Assembly (NCBI RefSeq): GCF_006345805.1
Contig: NC_043006.1
Span: forward strand, 30,504,001-30,568,000
Direction of reading: 5' to 3'
From: Octopus sinensis
Taxonomy: Eukaryota
Length of the DNA stretch: 64,000 nt
Shown: positions 24,094 to 37,300 of the stretch, in pieces
Layout: every line of letters begins with the position of its first letter
Position numbering within the stretch: the first letter of the stretch is position 1
Made by a program: the position numbers and the translations under genes
Notes under the pieces: model-generated
The model's database searches: none
Told to the model about the DNA's origin: nothing
Seen by the model: the letters and a program-made list of their open reading frames with translations, nothing else

Positions 24094-24659
24094 GTAAGAA
24101 CAATGAGTAGCTGGCTTTTATTAATGAAATATTTCTGTGGATATTTTTTTGTGTGTGTTATGTTTTAAAGCTGTTTTAATGCTGTTATTTTAAGCGATTG
24201 TTAAGCTCTTGACGACAAACCTTATTCAAAATGGCCGGTAACAAGAGAAAATCCTCCCAACAAACTCAACATGTGTGTAAAACTCTAGTTATTTCGTTTT
24301 CCTGTTCAAAGTGATATTTAAACTAGGTCGAACTTTCTGCAGAAATAATAAATATCATTTTTACTCGTTTGTTTTTCAAGTCTTTGATGACTTTTAACCA
24401 AAGACAAAACTTTAAACTTTTCTGACTTCTGCCTGTTCGGGATTTTTATCTTCTCCGATAATATTTGTTTGTTTTAATATTTTATCGCTTTAAAAATTGA
24501 CAAAATGTTCTCTTATTTCTTTTAACAAATTATCACTTTCTAACGGATGCGAAATAACGAGTTTATAATAAACAGACTTTATTACAAGTTGAATCTAAGA
24601 TGAAATAACTTTGACAAATTGTTGAAAGTTTTGTCAGAATCATGTTTCGAGTGAATTGT

Positions 24660-24890
24660 TGCAGCAGCAACAGCAGCAGCAACCCGGTATGTGTGTGTGC
24701 GTGTATGACATTCTTGAATATATGTGTGTGTTTATGTATACACACTGTGTATTGACTTCATTAGTGTGTGTGTATGGCATTCTTGAATATGTGTCTATGT
24801 ATATAATGTGTGTGTATATATATACATACGTATATACACTACGTGTATTGGCTTCAGTAGTGTGTGCGTATATACACACACACTTGTAAA
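24660..24890. repeat. (CAG/CAA) run plus two-copy GT/AT-rich minisatellite
   Basis: gcagcagcaacagcagcagcaa, then gtgtatg(a/g)cattcttgaatat...gtgtattg(a/g)cttca(t/g)tagtgtgtg twice. Confidence 0.7.
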
Positions 24891-25023
24891 TCCATATATG
24901 CAGGCGTGTTTTCTGTACTTTATGAGTTTCTCAGTTGATTACCAACTTCACAGTTGTGTGTTTTGTCTTGATAACCAATATATTTATATCGTGTTATATA
25001 GTGTATTTAGTTTTCAGTATACG

Positions 25024-25073
<50 letters not shown>

Positions 25074-26628
25074 TTAAGTTAACAAGCCACGTGTATATAG
25101 TGTTTTGTGCTTAACTTTTGATGAAAATAAGATAATTATGTAGAAAAACAAATATTTCAGGGTAATTTAGTAGGCGTTATAAGAATACATAGTAAAGTAT
25201 ATTCTATTGTAGTTTTCTTGTTCATTCAAAGCCAAACTTTCCTATCCTCCCCAAACCTCTCCATATTCGTTTTCCAATTCCAATAATTGTCTCAGTAAAC
25301 TTTATGACAACCACCAGTTGAAATACCAATAGCTCAATGTGTTCGTAGCCTCTTACCATTTTGTTTCTAAACCAGCATCCCTACTTTTATGTCGGATCAT
25401 AACTCTCGGCTAACATTAATAGACTACTCGTAACCGGGTTTCGATTTATATTCAATTCATTTTATATACACACCCAATTTCTTTTACATCTCCATTCTGT
25501 AAATGTAAAACCTTGTGCATGTGTATAGAATTTTTTTTTTTACTTGGTAGATTTGGAAGACACTTTAGAACAAATGAAATGTTGAGTCGTGTTTACTTTG
25601 GGTGATCTTGGGGTATAACTTACTTCTTACTCTGGTAACAATGAAACGGTACGTTAGGGTTGGGGTACGTTATATTACATTATTGCCTTACTTTGTATCT
25701 TCTGTTGTGTTGCTTTGTATGTCATCGAAGTCGACTTCTTTTATTTTTCGGTAAAGCAATGTATACATTCCACTCTTAAAACAGTTTCTGGCAATCTTCA
25801 AACAAGAAACCAAAATAACAGAATACAAACGTCAACAAATTTGCTAAAGAAACAAACGTGTTTCAAATATACGTATTAAATCCTGTCCTCTTTTAAGAAT
25901 AAAATTTGTACGAAAGGATTGGAACAAGGGTATTGATGTTTGATTATCATCATTTAATTTCTGTCTTGTAAGCTGGCATGGGTCGGACGGTTCGACAACA
26001 TCCAATAAACTGGAGGACTGAATCGAGCTCGTCTCTGTTTTGGCATGGTTTCTATGACTGAATGGCTATCCTAATGTCAGCCATAGTGTACTGTGTTTGC
26101 TTCTTGACACCATTGCTTGAGAGGTGACCAAGTAACTTGCAAGATAGAGACCCCTCGAGTAGAGAGGTTGTAGAGCAGCGGGTGACTTTACCAGGTGCTG
26201 AGAGGCTGAAGTGTAATAGAGAAACAAGTACAAGTGTCTTGCTGTAGTAGAGATACTTGGCTGTCCTGCATTCTATGTACAAGTAAGTGACAGTAGCTGG
26301 GAAGAAGACAGTGATGGTGGTGACAAGGTGTCTGAGTGTAATCTCAAGAAGTGAGGTGTGAAAGAGAATAGGAACAAAGAGGGGAGAATGACAGTTGGTT
26401 AGAGGTAGAGGTGAATGAGACTAAAATGGAAGTGTGGTCGATGGTCAGTATCAGAATGTGGTGGGACGGTGAAAGAATAGGGGTGAGGAAGTATAAGTGA
26501 CAATACAGGAAAAGAGGAGAGCTGTAGTTTTTTTTTGTTGAAAATATGGAAATGGTGTGTAGGGTGGGAGCAAGTGAGAGTGGAATTACTATGACAGAGG
26601 TAGATGTCAGAAGTACGTAGGGATGACT

Positions 26629-26850
26629 GAGCTGGCAGAAACGTTAGCGTGCCGGGTGAAATGCTTAGCGGTATTTCGTCTGTCGTTACGTTCTGAGTTC
26701 AAATTCCGCCGAGGTCGACTTTGCCTTTCGTCCTTTCGGGGTCGATAAAGTACCAGTTTCGCACTGGGGTCATGTAATCGACTTAATCCCTTTGTCTGTC
26801 CTTGTTTGTCCCCTCTATGTTTAGCCCCTTGTGGGCAGTAAAGAAATATA
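26629..26850 (+). mobile_element. Young tRNA-derived SINE, second family
   Basis: gagctggcagaaacgttagc...gagttcaaattccgccgaggtcgactttgcc with CpGs intact. Older copies near 14890-15090, 32975-33140, 6890-7060(-) and 46310-46460(-). Confidence 0.8.
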
Positions 26851-27229
26851 TAGGGAATAGGAGACAAAAGTTGGGGAGAGGCCATCGATGACAGATGTAG
26901 GAGGGTGTTAAAGATAATGGCAGTCCTAAGATGTATTTCAGAGGATAGGGAAAGATAACTGGAGGCGTAAAAAGGGGGATTGATGGGAAGGGATAATACT
27001 AAAAATGAGGGTTGACTGTCAAAAGGAAATGGTTCAGGGGAGGTAACTGGGAGTACAAAAGGGGATGAAATATGTGAATATTCTGCTCCCTTGATTATGG
27101 CGGGTGAATAAGTACCATTGTTAGAGGAGACAAGGAATGGATGTTTAGATGAGATGGGGAGAGATTGGGTGCAGAGGCAGGGCTCAGTGTATAGATATGC
27201 TTTTAGGTCCCCACCTTTGAGGTGGATAA

Positions 27230-28370
27230 GTCTTCTCATATAATTCGTCCCATGTTTTCCTGGATTTCCCTCTTCAACAAGTTCCATAGCAGTTGGCACT
27301 TCTTTATTCAGCTGTCTTCAGTCATACATATCACTTGACCATACCAGCACAGTTTCTCTCTTGCACACTTCATCTGAATCCTCTTTTATCTGATTTTTCT
27401 CTCAACCTGTGCATTTTGTTTTACATGTAGTACAGGGGTGTTGTACATCCAACAGAGCATACTGGGTTAATTTCTTTATCATCTTTGCATGTCATCTGCA
27501 CTCAGGGTCCATGTTTCACTACCATGTATTATTGCCGTCCTTATACAAACACCTCAAGGAAAATTGCTCTCTGAACTTTCTTGTTCTTATTCTAGCAACT
27601 TTACTTTCAGAACATCCTCCTCTTGTGTTACTTAAGTAACAGAAATAAAATATCTACTATTTCTAAGGAACCTGCTGGGTATTTGAGAAAATCTATTTCC
27701 TGTGTGTTCTTAGTATTTATTGCTTCTGTGCATTTTCCACATACAAATGCTACTTTCTCTGCTAACATTTTGTGATTCCAATGCATCTATTCTGTCCATA
27801 GCTTGCATTGAATACGCTGAGAATGTTTGCCTACACTTTCCCTACATATCAAGCAATGCCATCACCTGAAGGGAATGGAGTCATGTCTGTTCTGTTTAGT
27901 AGAACTTTAGTCCTTGCTAGGTTAACTTTAAGGCACTTTTATTCCAGGTTTTGCTCCTATACTGGGAATTTCATTTCTAGCTGTACTACAGTTTCTGCTG
28001 AATGTATGAGGTCATCAGCAGATATCAGCTCCCTAAGACAGCCTATTTTAAATTCCTCTAATGAACTGAGTCCTGGTGAATTCCTCCCTATACTCTAAAT
28101 CTTTTGCTAACTCTCTTCTTTATTGACAGCTCTCCTATACATTGCTTGTATGTCTCTCACATGCAATTCATTTAGCTTCCTCAGGGGCCACCGCATCACA
28201 GAGCAAGGGACCCTGTCGATGGTTTTATCCAGATCTGATGAATGCCAATTGCAGTGGCTTATTTCTATCTAAATACTTCTCTTGTAGTTGGTTTACTTGA
28301 CAGAGGGCATCAGTAGTACTGTGGCACAAAACCAAACTGTATTTCATCTAATATCATTCTCTTCTTAATT
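27230..28370 (-). mobile_element. RTE LINE fragment (decayed)
   Basis: Reverse complement shows ELISADDL...KCLKVNLARTK and C-terminal remnants homologous to the other RTE copies. Confidence 0.75.
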
Positions 28371-31300
28371 AATATTTTTTAATTGAAAAAAACATATTTG
28401 AAGTTTTTTCTTTTTTTTTGTTAGAGGTTTAATGACTCTTCTGTTCTTTTATTCGGGTTTCTGTGTTTTGAGTTTACAGTTGTAGTATGATGGATTGTCC
28501 AACTTTCTTACATTTATCTCTGTAACTGTTCACTAATTGTTTAGCTCTAACTCAGCCTTGGATCAAGTAAATCTATGCTGAAAATTGTTTCAGACCTGAC
28601 TGGCTCTTCATTCAGTATTTGTAACTGGTAGTGTGTATTGAGATAAATTTTGCTGTTATTTCTAGCAGTTTGGTGATGCATAGAAAGCCCACTTGTTGAC
28701 TTATTCCATTATTTTTTTTTTGTTAATGATTCAAACTATGCTTCACTTACTGCTTTTTTTTTTCTATCCTGCTTCCTTCTTTATTGATCAAGGGATGGGT
28801 TTGCATGCTTATAATCTCTCTAAAACGTCTCCCTTTTAGAAGCTGATATTTTGTAAAGGAAATGGAATAGAAAATTGTGATGTTCATGTTGTTTCCAGGA
28901 TGTATTAGCAGTGTTAGTAAAGTGGAATAGTTTCAAATTGCAACATCAACTTGCATATCTGATATCTTCTTTAGGCATAAAACACAAATCTGGATTTTAG
29001 ATCTTGTCAAATGTGTTTTGTCTTTTGTAATAGTAGTAGTAGTAGTATTGTGAAATAATTTAAGTAATTATATATTTGTTATAAATCCTTCTGAAACATG
29101 TACTTTGAGGGAGGTTACTTACGTGTTTGGTCTTGCATATAATGCAGTTTCCCTCTGTTTGCCATCTGCAAAAGAGAAGTAACTTCTATCACTGCTGGTG
29201 TCACCTATAATGTAAGTATAGGTGACTAGAGAAGTAATGACGCTAAATGCAATTATAGTTTCAAGTTCACAGAGTAATATTACTGACTTTTTTTTGTTTG
29301 CTAAGTAATTTAAACATTATAAATTCATTCATTGTCTCTTTTGACTGCCATTTTGCAAAGTAGACTTGGAACCTGGTAATTATATGAAAATATTAGATTT
29401 CTTTTTTTCTATTGGTTTTTGCAGGATTTGAATTCAATGACATAAAATATTGTAATGAGTGAGCAAACTTATCATCAAAGATATTCCTGCCATAACCATT
29501 ATAACCATCTTAAAAAAAATTTTTTTTAGACAAAGTATATTTTCGACTACGTTATCCAAAGTAATCATTTTAGGACTATGATTTGAGGGAAATTTGGTCA
29601 CTATCTTGAACATTGAGGAACAACTTCTTAAAATTCTGGGTCAGATCCAAAACCTGGATTTTTGTAGGGACCACACCAAAAAAAGTAAAACTTAAGTCAA
29701 AGAAAAATTTATATTTATAGAGTGAAACCATTGAGAGCTGCATGTGGCCCTGTGAGCTGCAGTTAAGATCAGCTGATGAAGAGGTTGCTTCATTACCTTT
29801 GTGGTTGTGTGTGTTGTGAAACTTTTTAAGTTTATGAAATTGTTTTAATCATGTCTCACAGTTTTAAGTTCCTGGGTTGAGTTATCTTTTACCTTTCTAG
29901 TGTCCAGAAAATTAGTTTCAGCAAATACACTTGAGTCCATTCAATAGGGTGTACTCGTTTCTTATAAACTTGTGATCTTCTATAACTTGATGTGAAGGAA
30001 ATTTTTACTGATGAGCAGAAAGTGAATCTTTGGAAATTGCGATGGTTTATGTAGCAAGCCTATATTTACTTCAGAACATCGATTTTTGTATCGAGTCTTA
30101 AATTTCTGTTGACTTGAAAATTAAATGCTAAATATTTGTTCTGTCCACATATTGAATCTGGAAAATATCGGTGCACTCACAGTTGATATTCCTTTTTAAT
30201 AATACCTATTCTGTTCAAATTGTAATCTTTCTTTCCTCCTGGGCCAATAAAATGTGTGTGTGTGTAGCTAGTATTGAATAAGCTTAATTGATTGTTATAT
30301 TAAGTAGTCTCTAGTAAACTGAAGTTCTATAAATGAGGAAATTGTTCATTGAACACTTGTTTCTAGAACAAGTTTCATCCTTAACCTTTGCACACTTAAA
30401 AGCTAATTTTGACTACATGTATATTGAAGTTTTTTTTTTTTTTACCTTCTCCTTATTGTTAATTTTTTTAGAAGTGAAACTATTCAACAGTGGAATCAGA
30501 CTTATTCCACAGAATTGTTTTTATTACTTTTTGCTAAACCTCTCATTTCCTTTGATTCAGCTGTTTTACTTTCATCATCCAAAATTTTTGTCACAACTTT
30601 CAATTCAATATAAATTTGTTTTGGCCTACATTTACATTGATATAATTATGTAAGCCATGTGGGTGTGTATTTGTAATCATTGGTTTCTGTTTGTCAATCA
30701 CATTGACCTCACTCCCTATTTCAGTTTGGTCCTTATTCTGTATGTTTGTTGATCTATAAAATAAGTTGTTCTCCAGTTGATAATTGAAAGGAATCTTTTC
30801 TTTATTGTTTTCCTAATCTGTGTTGGGCTTACCTCATTTTTTACAATCTGATGTCATTTTATCTATAAAGTCTAAAAGTCTGACCTAGTTATCACTTTTT
30901 TCTCTTTTTCTGTCACATATCTTTAACTGTTAGTATTATTTTATCCAGCTAACCAGTGTAATCACCCCACATTATATAATGCCTGTAAGTCATGAAGGAT
31001 AAATGTGGTTGGGATATGGACAGCCCACAAAGCTGTCAGCACCCACCAGACTGCAAGGTAATCGATGCAAAATAGTTGTTGCACTGAGTCTACAGAATAA
31101 ATTTCCTACAGACTCCTTCCTCCAAGTGAAGAAGGTGTGTTTATTGCATGTCCTAGCACAAGCCAAAACCACAGCTTATCCAATCTAATTAGAACTTGCA
31201 TTAATTTCACTGGCTGTCTGCTACTTGAATGGTTGTCATCTTGCAGCTGCTATTCATCTATTGTGCATCTCCTTTATTTTTTTTTATACATGTTACAGCC

Positions 31301-34300
31301 ATAACATTTATTGGAGGATAATGTCTTTAAAGAAAAACATTTACAGGATATTATGATTGGATAAAATATTAAATCAATAAATAATTTCTGTATAGGTTCC
31401 ACATTTTGTACTTTCATCTTGGTGTGAAAATTCTACACTTATGTACAAAGTTTATCAGTTTCTATAGATTAAAATTATAGTATTGTATTTTATAGTTTTT
31501 ATTCAGTAATACTTTAAATGGAAATAATGATGCCCTTTTGAAATGTATTTTAAATTCTTATTGTAAAATTGTGGACTGTAATCTCCATTCAAATCATTGA
31601 ACAAGGCACTAATTAAAGCAAGTGTTTTTAAATTAGAAATAAACAGCTATTTAGCAACATGTTTAGAGTTTTTTTTTTTTTTTTGGCTATTGAATGTTTG
31701 TTTTGAAGTAACTTTTAGATTTTGTAAATAAGTTTGAGTGTTGTGAAGAAGACTGAGTTTTACTGTTTCATTTCAGAGCCCTCTGAAGCAAAAACTATTT
31801 ATATCAATGCACACTGTCAGAAAATTTTTTTCCTTAACTTTTAAGTTTTTTTTTTTTTTCTTTTGTGCAGCAACTATTAAAAGCAAGTTCTGTTGTTTCT
31901 TACTTCAATTTTCTCTTTGTTGTCACCTTACTTGCTTTGAATGTTCTCTTGATTACCAACTGTAGCCTTCTAAAGTGTGACAGAAAATAATTACATATAA
32001 CAACATAAATGTACGTCTCCTTTATCAGTGAAATGAGGTCTATGTATGATCTACTTCATGTGTTGCATGGTTTATTTCTTGTCTCAGCCCTACCTCATGG
32101 CCCTGTTCTCTTTTATAATAACTCCCAGACTCCATCTTATGCTGTTTGAACCAAGCTACATTATTTTCTCACTTTCTGCACACTGGCTAAAGTCAACATA
32201 ATACTTCTTGCCAAGCTTGGCATCCCTGTGACATTGACAAAAGACATTTTACATCACACAACTTATTTCCATTTAGCAACCTCAAAACAGGAATAAAAAA
32301 TTATTAGGAAACCAATAACTATATTTAACATCACAATTCAAAATCTTGCATGCCTTCTCTCCTGAAGATCCTGCATTCTTGACATAGTTCAGACTTCACA
32401 AAATTAGAATTGTATCTCAATATCCAAAAAGATGATTCAGTTTTGAGCCTGAATTAGATCCTTTATTAAATGCAAATATGTCCCAAGACTTCAATACTAG
32501 TCTTCCATAATTTTTGAAGCCCTTATTTTTTGTTTTTTGTCTCTTAACTATCGATTGTCTTATTGGAACATAAAGCATGTCTTGAGTATTTTTAGATCTT
32601 GCAGGCCTCATCCCTTTTTCTGTCTAACCACACCTGATTACTTTGAGAAAGGGAGAGAATATTGACTGTAGTGCAAGGCTGGTACTTTTATTGACCATTC
32701 CATTTCAGAAGGATTGAAAGGTAAAGTTGACCCTGCTGATAACACAAAAAGCCAAAACAGCTACTGCCAAGCAATTTATTGATCACTTGAACAACTTGAC
32801 GGTGTAAATGTTACAGACCCTCCTCAGACTGACAAAGACCCCTCCCCAACTACCTGTCCCAGTTGTAGATTAAAAGAATCTTTTAAAATATGTCCTTTTT
32901 GATACACATTTATGAGATTTATATTTGTAATGTTGCATCAGTAATGCTAGTTTCCTCTAATATTTGCAGAGAAGGTGGCAAGCTGGCAGACTTGTTTTCA
33001 TGCTGTGCAAAATGCTTAGCATTTTGTGAGCTTGACTTTGGTTTCCATCGTTTTGGGATCAATGAAATAAGTACCAGTTGAGCACTGAGATTGATGTAAT
33101 CAATTTAACCCCTTCCCTCTGTCTAAATTTGAAACCAGTATTTTGCAGAGAAATCTTTAACATTTGGCATGTAACATTCAAGCTTTTGTAAACTTAGTTT
33201 CTGCTCTCATCACAATTTTTATCAAATGGAAATATTATAAATGATATATTATTCTTCTCAGCATGTTTTCGAGTTTTTCAGTAATCTTACATAAAATCAT
33301 TAGTTTGACATTATCAGGTAAAATTTTTCATGTTCTAGCTAGTCATTGACTGCCATGCTGGAGCACCTGCTTTAAGGCTTTTATATTGATTGCAGTATTT
33401 GTTTTTTGCCTTTTAACTATTCATATTGATTGCAGTGTTTACTTCAGTCTAGTTAGTATTTAGATCATCGATCTCTTTATCAAACAGCCAAGTTTTCTTT
33501 TAAACACATAATTTTACTCCCGTATGTGTAAACATGCATATAATTACCATTTTACACCTGTTTTCTATGCTGACATGGGATGGATGTGGTGTTACAGTCT
33601 GAGTTGGTCCTTATTTTGGGTTATTGTCTTTCTGGACAAGCCAGCAGGGAATCGTGTCTTGCTCAAACATTGTTTCTGTGGCTGGACACACTTTCTGTCA
33701 TAAATCACTTTACATCTTAACATGGCACCAGTACTGGTGCCATTGTCTTCTACCCTGCAAAAGCCAAAGGAATTCCTATTGTCTCCATTTGCAGCATGGC
33801 TAATAATGGGTAGAAGGGGTGGGGGTAAACAATTGGAAGAGGAAGAAGAGGGACAGTGCTTTGAGAGGATAATGATAGACAGTAGTGGGGGAGAAAGAAT
33901 GCTGGATAATTGTAAAAATGTTCCAGCAGTGTGAGGGTTGCCAAAAGCCAAAGGGAGTGAAGGTTAACAATATAATTAAGGTTAGCTTCTAAGAGAGCCT
34001 CATTCCTCCCCTCTGATCAAGTTGATGATGGATACTTGAAGGTTGTGGTGGTGTGTATCAGAGCAATCACATTAACCAGGCTACCATGATGGTGGTGGTG
34101 GAGACACTTATTGCTAGCTATATGCTGCTAGTAGGAGGAAGAGAGCTGGCTGTATCAGATACAGATCTGATGCTCAATACACTCATGTGAATGGACCTTC
34201 CACATTGTTTCCATTTGTAGAATTTCACTCATGAGGTAGCTATTAATCTGATGTTATTGTTGAAGGTACAGCAGGATCAAACTGGGGTTGTAGAGTGAAC

Positions 34301-37300
34301 CTAAGCACATGACTGTATCTTTTAATATTATTAACATTATCACAAGTAGTAAAGAATTACAAATGAATTGCTGTCTACATGATAGATCTTTTGATACAGT
34401 TGTGCTGTTTATGAGTTTTCAGGATGCTACAATGGTAAAATATATTTGGATATGTCAGTTTGTAGAAGGCATCTAAATTGTTTATGACTTAAGTTAAAGC
34501 AGTGAAGTCCAAAGCAGAAGTTAAAATCTGTGTAAGAAGTGTTAATATTGTATAGTCATAAAGCATGGGAGAGGAAGTCATTGATCCTGATCCACTGGAT
34601 GTTCAGCATTATTTTGTATAGAAGACAAGTAAGCTGAAAATGTGGCTTGGCATTTAAAGCATTAGCCAATGTTTGGTGTTGAAGTTGTACTCTACTGATA
34701 GTTTACTTTGCCTCTTACAAAGGATAGGCACAATGTGTGTGTGTTTATTAGCTCTTCTTGACACACTGGTGCAGGATAAATTGATAGTTGACATTTGAGC
34801 TTACATCTCATCGTTTTACATTTACCTTCCATGCTGGCATACATTGGGTTGTGGTCTAATATTTGGAGTTATTGCCCAAATATATTTAGGTTGGGAATCC
34901 CATTTTGTGCACTTTTTTGGCATGATATCTATAATTGGATGCCAATTGCTTTAAAGAATGTACTTCCTGCATACCATCTTTCTCACATGTTGTGCTACTG
35001 GGTACAATTTATTATGGCACTAGAAGTCATCTTTTTCTTGACAAACCTATTGAGCCCTCTCTATGTTGTTGCTCTTTGTTTGCCAACCCAATGTACTGGT
35101 GTATTTTATTGAGGTACTAGAGTGAGAGTTTACTTAAAAGCTCCACTTTGCTTTTTATTGTCTATCTTTGCTCAAGTCAACATGACCAAGTGAGAATGAT
35201 GGAATTGGAAATAATATGGAGTAAGCAGTGAGAGGGAGGGAACAGACATTGATAGATTGCTGCATAAGTTAGCAAGGGACAGGGCAATAACTGTAATGTT
35301 TGATGGCAATAATCATAATGTTATGAACACCTGTAGCTTGGTGCTTTCAGGAAAAAAAATGTATACAAAGATGGAGTGAGGTAAAGTATTTAGTTTGATG
35401 TTTGAAAGAGTGATAGTTGGAGCCAATTACATATGGTTGGGTTGGATAGAAATGGTAAACAACCATTTTAGATGTGTTAAAGCTGTAGTGATGATGGAAG
35501 AGGCAAAGATGAAACCGGTCTTTGGGCTTGTGTATGCAGTGTGTTTGGGAAATATTTGTTAAATAGTCAAGTGGATTTCTTTTTTTCTCCTGTAGGCGAG
35601 TATGTTTGTGTGTGTTTAGCAGCATTGTCTTAAATATGGGAACAGTAGTGAGGGATGTACTTGAGATTCTATGGTGTGTGAGCAACAGATCAGAGCTGAG
35701 GTTATTTTCTCCTCTTAAAATGAAGCTTACTCTTTACGATGCTGATTTGGCAATGTGTATGTGAACTGACTCACCAACTCCTATCAAACCGTCCCACTCA
35801 TACCAGCATGGAAAATCAGATGTTAAATGACAGTGATGTTGCCTTAAGAGATACGATTGTGTTGCTGAGCAGTTACTTATTCTTTTGAGGGTTTTGGTTG
35901 TGTGCTATAACATTGGGAGGCTTTAGTACAAGATGCAAGGTATTTATAGTGGTTGTACCTTGGTGCTTCGGCCAATAATTTGAAGGTCTGTTCACAGAGG
36001 TAATATAACTCCTATATAGTGTCCTTAGTTGGATGTGCACTGCATATGTTCAGAAGATTAAAAGTGGTATAATGTTGTTCCTCATTTTTAACATCCATTG
36101 TTCCATGTTAGCATAGGTTGGATGAGAGTTATTTGAGGTACTGTTTTACAGCTGGGTGCCTTTCTCGTCACCAAACCTTTGTTTTCAAAGGATTTCTTGT
36201 TCCACTGGTTTTCAAAAGTACAAGGTGACTAGTAATAATGTGAACAAGGAATTCAAATGTCAAGCCACCTTTTCATTTGGATGGTTACAGGCGAAGCCAT
36301 GGAATGTCAACAATCACTCATGGTGTAGCAAATGGGTCGTTTATGTAAAGAAGAAAAATTGGCAATTACTGAATGCTAAGGTAAACCAGAATATATAACT
36401 ATAGGTAGTGGGGAGAGAGCACCCTGTTTGCACTGCAGCGATGGAGCTTATGGGCAGACAATGTATCTAAAGGATTTTCATGCAATATACAGCCAAAAGC
36501 TTTGAAGGGCAAAACTACTGGTATGTGATGGAAAGGGAGTCTCTCATAAATTTGTCTCTACAGAAACTGTACTGGTGGTCATAAAAAAGGAAAGACAGTC
36601 AGTGTTATAAAAGAATTAGTTATTTACAGATGTTTCTATCAATTTTTGAGATATCATTTAGCTAGGTGTCATGTGATGGAGCGAACTTATCATTGAAATC
36701 CATTTTACCTATGGCTATCTTGACAGTTTAAAAAAAATTTTCTATAAAGCACTTATGTCCAGTGTACTCTACTTTTTTTTAAGATTGTGGGTGTAAGTTA
36801 TAGGAGAATTTGGCTGTTATTTCCAGAAGGTTGGTTGTGTGTAGAGGTGTCATGTTTGTTCAAACTTTGACATGTTGGAAGTGAGGGTGAAAGAATGTGA
36901 GCTTATCCTATCATCATTTAACCTTTGCTTTGTGTTGATAAGGGTTGTCATGGTCCAAGATTCAGAGTTACTGCCCTCCTTGATGGGTTGGGAACCACAT
37001 CTTGCTTGTGAATTTTTGGCAGAGTTTTTGCTTGTGCATTCTGTTAATCAGTTGGGCCTTTCTTATGCTCACTGCTTTAGAATGTACCAAGGAGTGCATT
37101 TTATTGTGGCACCAACATCAGAAAGATGGTCATCTCCTCTAAAGTCAATATTGCCTTGATTCAATGCAAACCTGATTGAGAGGGTGAATAGAAGAAAGAG
37201 TATGAGTGCAATGTGAGAAGCATAATGGGAAGATAGGACAGGAAGTAATAGAAGAGACGGTGATAGCTGTGTGCTAGTTGTTGGTAAGGGGGTTGAATAA

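Noticed and set aside
24656-24889. Poly-Q ORF (MLQQQQQQQPG...)
   Set aside because: Product of an intronic CAG run and GT/AT minisatellite; no splice sites linking it to IGF2BP.
26607-27299. 230-aa minus-strand ORF
   Set aside because: Runs through an RTE end, a low-complexity tract and the antisense strand of a SINE; no domain motif or exon context.
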